From Candidatus Woesebacteria bacterium UBA1430 (GTDB lineage Bacteria; Patescibacteriota; Microgenomatia; UBA8517), in contig DCTW01000001.1 in the NCBI GenBank assembly GCA_002329465.1, forward strand, positions 2,787-53,760: 50,974 nt of DNA, in the 5' to 3' direction. Of this stretch, positions 1 to 9,495 are shown in pieces. A program made the translations under genes and the position numbers. Below the pieces are notes generated by a model. It ran no database searches. It was not told the DNA's origin and saw nothing but the letters and a program-made list of their open reading frames with translations. Within the stretch, counting starts at the first letter, position 1; every line of letters starts with the position of its first letter.

Positions 1-511
1 TTTCTGGAACTTTAATTTCAAAAAGTCTAATTGAGGATGTAGGATCCTCAGTAACACCCAAAAAGTAGGCATCAGATATGGCAAAAAGAGTTTGATCATT
101 ATTTACAGGTTTAATATCGACCATCATCGCAGTTGCCAAAACACCGTTTGGCGTTTCCTGAGTTGCGATTATCGTTGAAAGTCTACTAAATTCATTACTT
201 ATCTCATTATTATCGACTGCCTCTTTGACTGCATTCCAAAGAGGTACAAGAAGTTCTACATATTCGGTACCAGGATCTTTATATAATTTGTCAATTGCCT
301 CTTTGTTCGTTGCCACATTTAGGCTTACCATCTTTAAATCCGTTGGTGCTGCTTCATGTTGACTTTCTAATTCTTTGAAGCGACTTACATCAGCAGCTTG
401 CGCATATCTTGACGAAATAAGACCGTCAACACCCCAAGCATCGGAAATTCCAACTATTCCCGCTGCTGCAGCCAATCTTAAAAAATCTCTTCTCGTATAT
501 CTTTCAGCCAT
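1..511 (-). CDS. Exported/membrane-anchored hypothetical protein with twin-arginine-like N-terminus (partial, runs off window start)
   Basis: Manual translation from ATG at 511: MAERYTRRDFLRLAAAAGIVGISDAWG..., open to position 1. Not in the supplied ORF track. Confidence 0.7.
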   Translation of the reverse strand, partial: MAERYTRRDFLRLAAAAGIVGISDAWGVDGLISSRYAQAADVSRFKELESQHEAAPTDLKMVSLNVATNKEAIDKLYKDPGTEYVELLVPLWNAVKEAVDNNEISNEFSRLSTIIATQETPNGVLATAMMVDIKPVNNDQTLFAISDAYFLGVTEDPTSSIRLFEIKVPE

Positions 512-661
512 TTAATTAATCCTATAATATCATAAAATGAACAAGATTTCCAGTATGAAGATTCTTAACTGAAGCTCTACTTGGCCTTAATTCAAAACCC
601 ACTTTAATTATTATACTACAAGGTGGGAACAGCCTGTGGTGAAATAAATTATAAAAAGAAA

Positions 662-2263
662 TCAAGAGGAAACTGGCAGTTCAAACCAAAAATTGCTTCC
701 CTTCCCAGGCTCAGAATCCACACCTATTTCACCCTCAAACTTCTCAATCAAAAGCTTTGAAATATAAAGCCCCAATCCGCTACCTATTGTCTTACCGACT
801 TTTGATTTAACCCTATAAAACTTCCTAAAAAGCTTTTTTTGTTCCTCCTTTGATATACCCATTCCAGTATCAACAACCTCAAGTCTCACGGTTTTCGAGC
901 CTTTATTAAATAGCTTCATAGTAATCCCGCCCGTCTCTGTATATTTTGTGGCATTGCTCAAAAAATTAACAATCACCTCATGAAGCCTATCGCGATCAAC
1001 ATGTACACGGTCCCGCAAATCGCTTTGGACATCTAATCTAAACTCAAGGTTCTTTCTCTCTGCTTCCAGCTTGAACTCGTTGTAAGCCGTATTAACTATT
1101 TCGGCCAAATTAATATCCTCAAGATTATAAACGATCCTCCCTTCCTCAATCCTTCCCACATCTAGCATATTATTAACAAGCCGTATCATCCGCTCCGTAG
1201 AAAGCTGAATGTCCTGCAAAAAATCCTTTGTTTGGTCTGTTATCGTACCCGCATCCCCATCCAATATCATAGACAAATATCCCTTAACCGCAGTCAAAGG
1301 TGCTCGAAGCTCATGCGCTGCAACAGAAATGAATTCATTCTTAATCTGATCCAGCTCTTTAAGTTTCCTATTCAGCTCCTCAAGTTCCTTTTTCTGCTCT
1401 ATTTCTTTGTGAACGTTACTTACTAAAAAATAGCCAAACGGAATAAACAACACTGAAATTATTGCTTTCGAAGCAATCTGCTCAAAAGTCTCGCTAAAAA
1501 GCATCATATCCAAAAACAAAAAAGACCCCAAAAAACTAACCAAAAAAGTAGCCGTTACAATTTCTATACGTGCAAATCTGTTAGTAGATATTGCATACGC
1601 GATAATACTTAAAAATATAATTAACGAATAATCACCAAACTCATACAAATGAAACACACTAAAAAAAACTGGCGCAGCAAGATTAAAAATTGAATTAGCT
1701 ACAAAAAAAATCGTCAATCCTATAAGCAAATATTTAATTCTTATTTTAATTTCAGCACTTGTATCTTTTTTTCTAAGATTAGCAATTAATATGCTGAAGT
1801 TAATTAATGTATAAACAAATACAAAACCAAAAAAAAGCCACACAAAATCTCCGTACAAAATCTCCAATGTCCCATTCACATACTGAATATCCGATATTAC
1901 TAAACCCGTTAATGGAATCATCGCCAAAAATAAAAAACCTAAAACAATTGAGAATATCGAAAAATACTTATAATTATCCGAAATGCGAAGAAAAACAGTA
2001 ATAAAACAAAACACTAAAACAAATAAAAGCGGGGTTACAGACCACGCAAGCTTAATATAAAGCAGTCCCAAATTATTCTCCTCAACAACGCGGGCAAGAA
2101 AAGCCAAATCAACCCAGATAAACATAAAAACAGTCATCAAAATAAATATTAATTTAAGAATTTTACGAAGATTTCCGCTAAAAACTGTTATTATTAAAGC
2201 AATTCCAGTCGCGTTAATAATAAATACTATTAACCTGCTTAAACCAAATGCTTGGGTAATCAT
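662..2263 (-). CDS. Sensor histidine kinase with N-terminal multi-TM (7TM-like) sensor
   Basis: About 280 aa of hydrophobic helices, then H-box (AAHELRAPL), N-box (NFLSNATKYT) and G-boxes (DTGMGI, GSGLGL). Confidence 0.92.
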   Translation of the reverse strand: MITQAFGLSRLIVFIINATGIALIITVFSGNLRKILKLIFILMTVFMFIWVDLAFLARVVEENNLGLLYIKLAWSVTPLLFVLVFCFITVFLRISDNYKYFSIFSIVLGFLFLAMIPLTGLVISDIQYVNGTLEILYGDFVWLFFGFVFVYTLINFSILIANLRKKDTSAEIKIRIKYLLIGLTIFFVANSIFNLAAPVFFSVFHLYEFGDYSLIIFLSIIAYAISTNRFARIEIVTATFLVSFLGSFLFLDMMLFSETFEQIASKAIISVLFIPFGYFLVSNVHKEIEQKKELEELNRKLKELDQIKNEFISVAAHELRAPLTAVKGYLSMILDGDAGTITDQTKDFLQDIQLSTERMIRLVNNMLDVGRIEEGRIVYNLEDINLAEIVNTAYNEFKLEAERKNLEFRLDVQSDLRDRVHVDRDRLHEVIVNFLSNATKYTETGGITMKLFNKGSKTVRLEVVDTGMGISKEEQKKLFRKFYRVKSKVGKTIGSGLGLYISKLLIEKFEGEIGVDSEPGKGSNFWFELPVSS

Positions 2264-3141
2264 CTCTCCGCTTTTTCATTTCTAAGTTGACCTAAGATTG
2301 CTTCTTTCTCCTCTAAAAACATCTCTTTGAACGCCTCCTTTATTCCCCGCGTAGTGACAGCATCATCAAAACTTATCTGATCAAACCTCGACTCAAGATT
2401 TTCAACTAATCTCGCGATATATTTTTTGTAATCGGTTCTGTTTTTATATACAAAAATTAAAGGTCCAATATTTCCGTTTTCCATGTCATGATCAAAGTCC
2501 AAGATATCTTTCTTTAATATATTTACAGCACGAAACCCACGCCCTGCGCGCAAAACATTGGAGGTTACTTCGCCGCTAGCTATCTCAATAAACACATCTA
2601 TATCCATAGCCCTCGTCATCAACAGAGAAGATGAATAAATAACTATCTCTTCAAAATCTCTAGTGCTTTGAATCTTTTTGAACAAATAATTCTCGGCAAC
2701 CGCAAGAGTAATCAGTTTATTAAAATATTCACCCAATTTTTGAGTAATATTCAAATCTCCAACATGCGAATAAAAATTGGATGAACATCGCAAAAACTCA
2801 ACTATATATAAAACTTTATCTTCTTTTGTTAAATTTTCATCCAACAAATCATCAAGCAAATTAATCATCGCATCTATCGAGATCGAAATAGGCATCACTT
2901 CTTTCCTATAATTTTCTCCAAAAGCACGCATCACAAAAACGGTGCGTAAATACTTTGTCTCTTTCTTCCATTTCACAATTAAATTCTGCGAAGAAGATTT
3001 TAAAATTCCCTCATATAAAGTTATGTCTAATCCTTCAATCTTTAATTCCGAAAAAATACTTTTAATATTTTCAAGATTCTGAAGATAGCTTTGTTTATAA
3101 AAATCAATTATCTCCTGCTTAATTTCCTCTTTTTTCTTCAT
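2260..3141 (-). CDS. Hypothetical protein, possible class I isoprenoid/terpene synthase fold
   Basis: DDxxD motif (NLLDDLLDE) and a second Asp-rich motif (NILKKDILDFDHDMENG). The sequence looks all-helical. ATGA overlap with the kinase. Confidence 0.5.
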   Translation of the reverse strand: MKKKEEIKQEIIDFYKQSYLQNLENIKSIFSELKIEGLDITLYEGILKSSSQNLIVKWKKETKYLRTVFVMRAFGENYRKEVMPISISIDAMINLLDDLLDENLTKEDKVLYIVEFLRCSSNFYSHVGDLNITQKLGEYFNKLITLAVAENYLFKKIQSTRDFEEIVIYSSSLLMTRAMDIDVFIEIASGEVTSNVLRAGRGFRAVNILKKDILDFDHDMENGNIGPLIFVYKNRTDYKKYIARLVENLESRFDQISFDDAVTTRGIKEAFKEMFLEEKEAILGQLRNEKAER

Positions 3142-3189
3142 TGCTATAATAATTCTACAACAATTTTGCTCTCCAAAAACAGATCAACA

Positions 3190-3235
3190 AAAAAGAGAAG
3201 TCCTTACTCACATTCGGGCAGGTACTTCTCTTTTT
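3190..3235. terminator. Inverted-repeat hairpin/terminator downstream of major pilin
   Basis: aaaaagagaagt (3190-3201) and acttctcttttt (3224-3235) form a perfect inverted repeat with A/T tracts, starting 3 nt after the pilin stop. Confidence 0.7.
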
Positions 3236-3237
3236 AA

Positions 3238-3780
3238 TTATCGCAGCACAGTTATATTTGTACCGTCTATTTCATTAACTGCGTTAGCGTAAATCCTTCC
3301 GGCATTTGGTTCACCGGTCCCAACAACACAAATATAATAACCAGTATTTGCATCATCACCACCTGAAGGATCGACGGGAATACTTGCAATATAGGTAGGT
3401 ACAATTGTATTGTCCACACCATCTGTTCCACCGGCTATCGTACCGCCATCTTCAAGTCCGGCAGCTGCCAAATTAAACGCCGCAGCATCGGTTCCAATCT
3501 CTGTACCTACATAATCAGGAGCTGTACCTGTACATGTTGGAAATTCTTGAGTCTGAGGATCATCATCAGTACCAGGCAAATTGCCGTTATTTTCAGATGC
3601 AAACTGATAAACCGCATTGGTTATCTGAATCAAATCAGACTGTCTTGTGGTATTTCTAGCCTGGGCAAACTGTCGTCCCGGATTTACAGCCACCAATACA
3701 ATGGCAGCCAAAATGCCTATAATACCGATTACTACCAAAAGCTCGATAAGCGTAAAACCCTTTTTAAGTGTTCTATCCAT
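3238..3780 (-). CDS. pilA: Type IV major pilin
   Basis: Class III signal KKG|FTLIELLVVIGIIGILAAIVL. Strong SD AAGGAGGTGA at 3793-3802. Confidence 0.88.
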   Translation of the reverse strand: MDRTLKKGFTLIELLVVIGIIGILAAIVLVAVNPGRQFAQARNTTRQSDLIQITNAVYQFASENNGNLPGTDDDPQTQEFPTCTGTAPDYVGTEIGTDAAAFNLAAAGLEDGGTIAGGTDGVDNTIVPTYIASIPVDPSGGDDANTGYYICVVGTGEPNAGRIYANAVNEIDGTNITVLR

Positions 3781-3833
3781 AATCTTATAATCTCACCTCC
3801 TTCACTTACCCTATATATTATTTGTACACATAT

Positions 3834-4073
3834 CTATTCAGCCAAGTCAAGACCTATCGGCTGCTTATTAAAATTCTTCTCATAAACTCGATCCAATCCG
3901 GCCATATCAAGTCTGGGCGAAAAATTCTCCAAAAAATCCTGATCTATCTTTGTAGCAGTCTCAACAGCATTAAAAATACTTCTCAGCACAAAAATGGCGA
4001 CAATAGCCAAAGTAGCCATTACAACCAATAAATACATATAAAATCTGGTTAGCCTTAATTTATTCCGAAACAT
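3834..4073 (-). CDS. Small single-TM protein in pil alignment operon (start revised to MFRNK)
   Basis: One TM helix; overlaps the upstream PilO-like gene. Confidence 0.6.
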   Translation of the reverse strand: MFRNKLRLTRFYMYLLVVMATLAIVAIFVLRSIFNAVETATKIDQDFLENFSPRLDMAGLDRVYEKNFNKQPIGLDLAE

Positions 4074-4677
4074 ATAGCATCGCTCCGTACGAAACCTCAA
4101 TCTCGCCGCTTTCGGTGTTTTTAGTCAATTCAAATCTGACCGGCCTGATTAAATAAGGCATTGAATATATCTTATTAATCGCCGAGTTTACCCGCTCTGC
4201 ACCACCTCTAAATCCAATAAAAATCGGCAAAGCCTTAGCCCCCAAATCGGTAACAGGCTTGTCATTTAGCAAACGAAAGTCAGTAACAACACCCTCATTT
4301 TTTAATACATCCATCTCGGCATAAAGATCAAGTATCTTCTGTTCATTTGCAAAAAGCGACTCAATTTTTGAAATTCTTTCTCGATTTCTTTCAATCTCCG
4401 CCTTTGAAAAAGAAATCTCGGAACTCTCCTGCGAAAGAAGCACTTTATGCCGAAGCTCCTTTACCTCCTCCGCTTTAACAGAAAGCCTGCTCAAAAACAC
4501 CGAGATCAAAACTATCAAAATAGCGTTCACAATATTTAAAGCAAAAACTTTAATATAAAGCTTTTTTTCTTTGTGCTTGCTCACCGCCGGGATATCAAGC
4601 CCTTCCGGTTTTTTTATCGGCACGGACTGAGCTTGAGTGCTCACGGACTGGTTTGTTTTCTTATCCATAACAATCAA
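4060..4677 (-). CDS. PilO-like pilus alignment protein
   Basis: TM, then coiled coil, then a ferredoxin-like C-terminus (INKIYSMPYLIRP). Follows the PilM-like gene with a 4-bp overlap. Confidence 0.6.
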   Translation of the reverse strand: MIVMDKKTNQSVSTQAQSVPIKKPEGLDIPAVSKHKEKKLYIKVFALNIVNAILIVLISVFLSRLSVKAEEVKELRHKVLLSQESSEISFSKAEIERNRERISKIESLFANEQKILDLYAEMDVLKNEGVVTDFRLLNDKPVTDLGAKALPIFIGFRGGAERVNSAINKIYSMPYLIRPVRFELTKNTESGEIEVSYGAMLYVSE

Positions 4678-6113
4678 ATATCAAGCTTTATTTTCTGACT
4701 TTCTTTCTCCTTCATAGGCAAATACCCGAAAGAAAGATCAAATTCAATATCGGTTTGGTTTACCAAACTACTAACCGGCAAGTCAATCTCCGAAAAATCG
4801 GCATCCTCCTCCAAAGACTGCTTAAAGGCAAAAAGCGTGCCCCGATCAGACGCTCTACCCCGGACACTCACCACGCTTTTATCAAAATTAATATCATAAT
4901 AATTTATACTTATTCCGCCAACTTTTCTCGATTCAATTTTGTTTATCAATTCCTGAGGCTGCTTTGTCTTATCGCCTATTAAGGATGCTTTTGTAATAAT
5001 ATTGTTTATATCTTTTATGTTAGTAAATACAGCCTCTGCTTCACCCGTCTTAGCCACATTCTGTGATGAGCCTAAGCTTTCCGCTTTCATTGAAAGTGCA
5101 AAATAAACCCCGACAACCGATATAAAATAGCTCCAAATAAAAATAGATATTATCAAAGAAAGCGTCCAATACTGAATGCTCTGAAGCCTGCTTCTGTAAT
5201 GCTTCTCCCACACAGGAGGCAATAAATTAATAGAATATTCATCAGAGGGCTGCTCGGGATTTTTAAGCTGCAAAGAAAGGGCGATTGCATATTCCTGAAG
5301 CTTGCCGGAATCCAAAGAAACACCCTTATACTCCAAAGGAAATACTTTTACTTTAAACGAGTTGGCAACATTATTAAAAAACTCCTGAGAAAGGTTAACG
5401 CCCCCCAAAACAACCCTTGTAATTTTGGTGGCTTTGTAGTGGTTAACCACTCTCAAAGCGCTTTGAATTATCTCATTTTGAGAAGTTGAGCTTGCCACAG
5501 AAGAAGCTACTATCTTTTTGCCCTCTGCCAATACAATTATTGTTTCATCCGGCGAAACATAAATAACAAGCTTTCCCGTATCATCTCCATCCGAGATCCT
5601 AGTTAAAGAAAGCGAAGGAGTTTCAACGACCAAAGGCAAAAGTCCCGCCCTGCTCGCGACTTCAACATATGAGGAAAGAACGCTCTTTTCTATCGCCGCC
5701 ACAAGTATTTGATAATCCAAAGTATCCTTATCCTCATTTATAATCTGCCAATCCATAATCATCTCAGAGCCCCCAACGGGCAAAAAATCCTGGGATTGCC
5801 ACCTTATCGCCTCATCAAGCTCGCTTCTCGAAAGCTTTGGAAGTATCAAAACCTTTGTGTAAGTCGAAAATTCAGGAATAACTATGCCTACGGATTTTTC
5901 CTTAATTTTTTGTTCTTTCCAGGCCTTTTTAAGAATCAAGGTAAGCTCGTTTGGCTTTTGGATTCGATAATTAACAATATATCCTGCAGGTATCTCATAT
6001 TTAGACATTTTTACCGGCTTCTTTTTTCCACTATCAAGCTTAAAAATTTTCAGATATTTAGAGCCGAACTCTATGGATACAAATTCTTTTCGAAACATGG
6101 CAGGTACTTTCAT
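4674..6113 (-). CDS. pilM: PilM-like actin-fold protein fused to TM + PilN-like domain
   Basis: SIEFGSKYLK N-terminus, DEAIRWQ and VVETPSLSL motifs, INLLP motif then a TM and a PilN-like C-terminus (VSVRGRA). Confidence 0.8.
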   Translation of the reverse strand: MKVPAMFRKEFVSIEFGSKYLKIFKLDSGKKKPVKMSKYEIPAGYIVNYRIQKPNELTLILKKAWKEQKIKEKSVGIVIPEFSTYTKVLILPKLSRSELDEAIRWQSQDFLPVGGSEMIMDWQIINEDKDTLDYQILVAAIEKSVLSSYVEVASRAGLLPLVVETPSLSLTRISDGDDTGKLVIYVSPDETIIVLAEGKKIVASSVASSTSQNEIIQSALRVVNHYKATKITRVVLGGVNLSQEFFNNVANSFKVKVFPLEYKGVSLDSGKLQEYAIALSLQLKNPEQPSDEYSINLLPPVWEKHYRSRLQSIQYWTLSLIISIFIWSYFISVVGVYFALSMKAESLGSSQNVAKTGEAEAVFTNIKDINNIITKASLIGDKTKQPQELINKIESRKVGGISINYYDINFDKSVVSVRGRASDRGTLFAFKQSLEEDADFSEIDLPVSSLVNQTDIEFDLSFGYLPMKEKESQKIKLDI

Positions 6114-6134
6114 TATAAATGATATACTAAATTA
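6114..6134. promoter_or_regulatory. Overlapping divergent -10 elements for near-leaderless pilM and minor-pilin transcripts
   Basis: Plus-strand TATACT (6123-6128) lies 6 nt before ATG 6135. Minus-strand TATCAT (6124-6119) lies 5 nt before ATG 6113. Confidence 0.55.
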
Positions 6135-7484
6135 ATGAAGCCCTGCCCTCGAAATTTTCATAAAGGCCAAATACTTATAGGTATAATAATAGCCCTCGGC
6201 ATCTTTAGCATTCTCTCCCAAGCGGTAATAACTCTTGTATTTTCGGCCTACGACACAATCTCCTATACAAGAGCAAGAACCAATGCCCAGCACATCGCCA
6301 ACTACGAAATAGAAACAATTAGAAATATGCCCTTTGACAAAGTAGGCACAATAAGTGGAATCCCGCAAGGCATTCTACCCCAAACAAAAACCATAATAGA
6401 AAACGGCCTTACCTACACAGTTAAAACCTCTGTCGTTTACATTGACGATCAGTTTGACGGCTTGGCGCCGGATGACATTCTCCCAAACGACTATAAAAGA
6501 GCAAGGATCGATGTCTCTTGGGGAGGAATAGCCGCTTCAAAGGGAAACACCGTTACCTTAATCACCGACGTATCGCCCAAAGGCATCGAAACCGAAACCG
6601 GCGGCGGCACGATCTCAATCCTCGTTTTTGATTCAAACTCAAACCCGGTCCCGCAAGCCAATGTACAAATATATGCGCCGTCACTATCCCCTACCGTAGA
6701 TTTAAACTTGATGACAGGCTCTGATGGAAAAGTCATCTTACCCGGCGCACCGACTTGTACGGAGTGCTATCAAATAACAATTACAAAAGATGGATTTAGC
6801 GCCGAAAAAACTTACTCAACAGCCGAAATAGCCAATCCGTCAAAACCGCATCTGACCGTAATAGAAAATGAGCTTACAGAAATATCATTCAGTATTGACC
6901 GCCTAAGTGACCTTACAATTTACACCGTAGATACAAAAAAATTTGAATTTGCACCCTTAACAAACCAGATAATCCACCTCAGGGGAGAAAAAATAATAGG
7001 AACCACAGAAGAAGACGAAGCAATTTACAAATACGACCAAGACGTAGTCTCAGATTCCCAAGGAAAAATCCAAATCGAAGATTTTGAATGGGATAACTAC
7101 CACATCACCCTACCTCAAGACAGTACAAAAGTGTTCGCAGGCAGTAACCCCCATCTTCCTGTCAAACTTGAGCCGAATACACAAAAGGATGTATTTATTT
7201 CGCTTGCAGATCCGTCAACGCCCTTTAGTCTTTTAACAATTTTTGAAGATAGCGCAGCAAATCCCATAGCTTCGGTCTCTGCAATACTTAAATTAAACGA
7301 TCAAATAGAAGCTAGCGGATCGGCAGGAATAAGCGATGATCCCGACTTTGGGCAAATATATTTTCCCGATCTTGAAAACGAAGACTACATTCTCGAAGCA
7401 ACCGCATCCGGATTTACCGATTATTCAAATGCAATATCCATAAATAGCCACAAAACTGAAAAAATAATTTTAATAGAGGAATAG
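6135..7484 (+). CDS. Large minor pilin (PilV-like) with C-terminal beta-sandwich (carboxypeptidase-regulatory-like) repeats
   Basis: KG|QILIG prepilin-like N-terminus, EIETIRNMPFDKVG and YKRARIDVSW motifs, repeated 'TxSDG/ITKDGF' segments. Confidence 0.7.
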   Translation: MKPCPRNFHKGQILIGIIIALGIFSILSQAVITLVFSAYDTISYTRARTNAQHIANYEIETIRNMPFDKVGTISGIPQGILPQTKTIIENGLTYTVKTSVVYIDDQFDGLAPDDILPNDYKRARIDVSWGGIAASKGNTVTLITDVSPKGIETETGGGTISILVFDSNSNPVPQANVQIYAPSLSPTVDLNLMTGSDGKVILPGAPTCTECYQITITKDGFSAEKTYSTAEIANPSKPHLTVIENELTEISFSIDRLSDLTIYTVDTKKFEFAPLTNQIIHLRGEKIIGTTEEDEAIYKYDQDVVSDSQGKIQIEDFEWDNYHITLPQDSTKVFAGSNPHLPVKLEPNTQKDVFISLADPSTPFSLLTIFEDSAANPIASVSAILKLNDQIEASGSAGISDDPDFGQIYFPDLENEDYILEATASGFTDYSNAISINSHKTEKIILIEE

Positions 7485-7485
7485 T

Positions 7486-8100
7486 ATGGACAAATATACG
7501 CAAAAAGGATTCACGCTGGTAGAAGTCTCCATGGTCGGTCTTTTTATCGTCATCTTAGGCTTCGGCATCGTCGGCATACAGTCTATTTTAGGTAAAAGCC
7601 AGCTTACTCTGATAAACAACACCATTTCCGTAGAAGAAACAAGCCGCATAGCAAACGAGTTCGTCAAAGAGCTAAGAACCGCAAGGCAGGGAGACAACGG
7701 GGCGTTCACAATCGAAACGGCCGAAAACAATAAAATAACCTTCTACTCGGATATCGACAAAGACGGCAAAGCTGAAAAAGTAACATACGAGCTTAACGAG
7801 AATACATTCACAAAAACTACAATCAAACCAAGCGGCAATCCTCCGGTTTATAATCCGGATGATGCAAAATCAATAAATTTATCTGATAATGTAAGGAACC
7901 ACGATATGCCCGCCTTTTTCTATTACAACCAGGACTGGCCGGAGGACACAGAGGGAAACCCCATGCCAACGCCGGCAGACTTAGATAAAATTAAGCTTGT
8001 ACAAATCTATATAAGAGTTAACCCAAAAGAAAATTCACCCGATACCGACTATGTAATTAGCTCGCAAGCACAGATAAGAACGCTAACAATAATAAGATGA
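7486..8100 (+). CDS. Minor pilin (PilW-like)
   Basis: QKG|FTLVE class III signal; ELRTA motif. Confidence 0.8.
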   Translation: MDKYTQKGFTLVEVSMVGLFIVILGFGIVGIQSILGKSQLTLINNTISVEETSRIANEFVKELRTARQGDNGAFTIETAENNKITFYSDIDKDGKAEKVTYELNENTFTKTTIKPSGNPPVYNPDDAKSINLSDNVRNHDMPAFFYYNQDWPEDTEGNPMPTPADLDKIKLVQIYIRVNPKENSPDTDYVISSQAQIRTLTIIR

Positions 8101-9494
8101 AAACAAAAAAAGGAACTATAACACCGGCTCTTCTTGTAATAACCGGCTCTTTTCTTGTAATAATATACGGACTTCTTTTACTCTTAACTACTCAGTTTGA
8201 ATATTCAAACAGAAGAGTTGCATCCGAAGAAGCGCTAAATATAGCAGAAGCAGGCATAAACTATTACAAATGGCATCTCGCCCACGCACCGGATGACTTT
8301 ACGGACGGCACGGGACAGGAAGGCCCCTATATCCACGTTTATAAAGATCCCCAAGGTAAAGAAATTGGCGAATTTAGCCTTGAAATAACCCCGCCGCAAG
8401 ACGGCTCATCACTAGTAACGATCAAGTCAACAGGAATTAGCTACAACAAACCCGGAATAAAGCGCACGATCACCGCTCAATACGGAAAGCCTTCCTTTGC
8501 CAAATTTGTTTTCCTCAATAACGCAAGCGCATGGTACGGAGAAGGAATAACGGTAAACGGAGACATCCACTCCAATAACGGCGTAAGAATGGATGGGACA
8601 AATACAGGCCGCGTAACAAGCGCAAAAGACGAATACCGCTGCGGCTCCGAAACAGGCTGCTCCCCGCCCGACTGGAAACCAGGAGTTTGGGGAGATGGAG
8701 GAGATCAGTCTCTTTGGGAATTCCCCGTGCCGATCGTGGACTTTGATTCCGTCGCATTCGATTTTCAAAACATGCGCCAAGCGGCACAAGACGTGGGTCT
8801 TTACCTCGACGATTCGGGAAGAGCCGGATATCACCTGGTATTCACAGAAAGTGGAACTATTGAAATTTATAGGGTAAATAACACCAACTCAATCTATGGC
8901 TACAGCGCACCGGGCGAAGGCCTCGGACAAGACGGGCAAGGAGGTTGTAGAAGAAGATACCAATTAATAAGAAACGAGGATCTAATCGGAACATATCAAA
9001 CCTCGGAAACCCCTATTATTTTTGCAGAAGATCATCTCTGGGTCGAGGGAACAGTTAAAGGAAAAGTTACTGTCGTAGCCGCAGGCTTTCCCCTTACATC
9101 AAGAAACATGAATATCTGGATCAAAAACAATATTGTTTACGATTCCTACGACGGCACAAACACCCTGGGGTTAATTGCACAAAACGATGTCTATTTCGTC
9201 CGCGATCTTCCCGATGATTTTCAAATAGACGCAGCGATCATAGCCCAAAAAGGAAGGGTGATAAGACATGGTTATCTGTGGTGGTGCGGAGACCACCCAA
9301 ACGCAATAAGAAATAGTCTTACCATAAACGGCGCACTTATTTCCTACTCCAAATCATACTGGAACTACAACGATCCTTTAGAATCCGGTTTTAGAACAAG
9401 GACAATAAACTACGATTCAAGATTCCTTTTTGCGCCTCCGCCATACTTCCCAACCACGGGGGAACTAGAATTCATTAGCTGGCAAGAAGATTAA
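8097..9494 (+). CDS. PilX-like minor pilin with large C-terminal domain
   Basis: KKG|TITP N-terminus, ALNIAEAGINYY PilX motif, beta-helix-like C-terminus ending YDSRFLFAPPPYFP. Confidence 0.75.
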   Translation: MKTKKGTITPALLVITGSFLVIIYGLLLLLTTQFEYSNRRVASEEALNIAEAGINYYKWHLAHAPDDFTDGTGQEGPYIHVYKDPQGKEIGEFSLEITPPQDGSSLVTIKSTGISYNKPGIKRTITAQYGKPSFAKFVFLNNASAWYGEGITVNGDIHSNNGVRMDGTNTGRVTSAKDEYRCGSETGCSPPDWKPGVWGDGGDQSLWEFPVPIVDFDSVAFDFQNMRQAAQDVGLYLDDSGRAGYHLVFTESGTIEIYRVNNTNSIYGYSAPGEGLGQDGQGGCRRRYQLIRNEDLIGTYQTSETPIIFAEDHLWVEGTVKGKVTVVAAGFPLTSRNMNIWIKNNIVYDSYDGTNTLGLIAQNDVYFVRDLPDDFQIDAAIIAQKGRVIRHGYLWWCGDHPNAIRNSLTINGALISYSKSYWNYNDPLESGFRTRTINYDSRFLFAPPPYFPTTGELEFISWQED

Positions 9495-9495
9495 A

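Noticed and set aside
8123-8162. Short tandem duplication ACCGGCTCTT(TT)CTTGTAATA in the pilX-like signal region
   Set aside because: Two copies only, and the frame stays intact. It looks like a local slippage event with no sign of phase variation.
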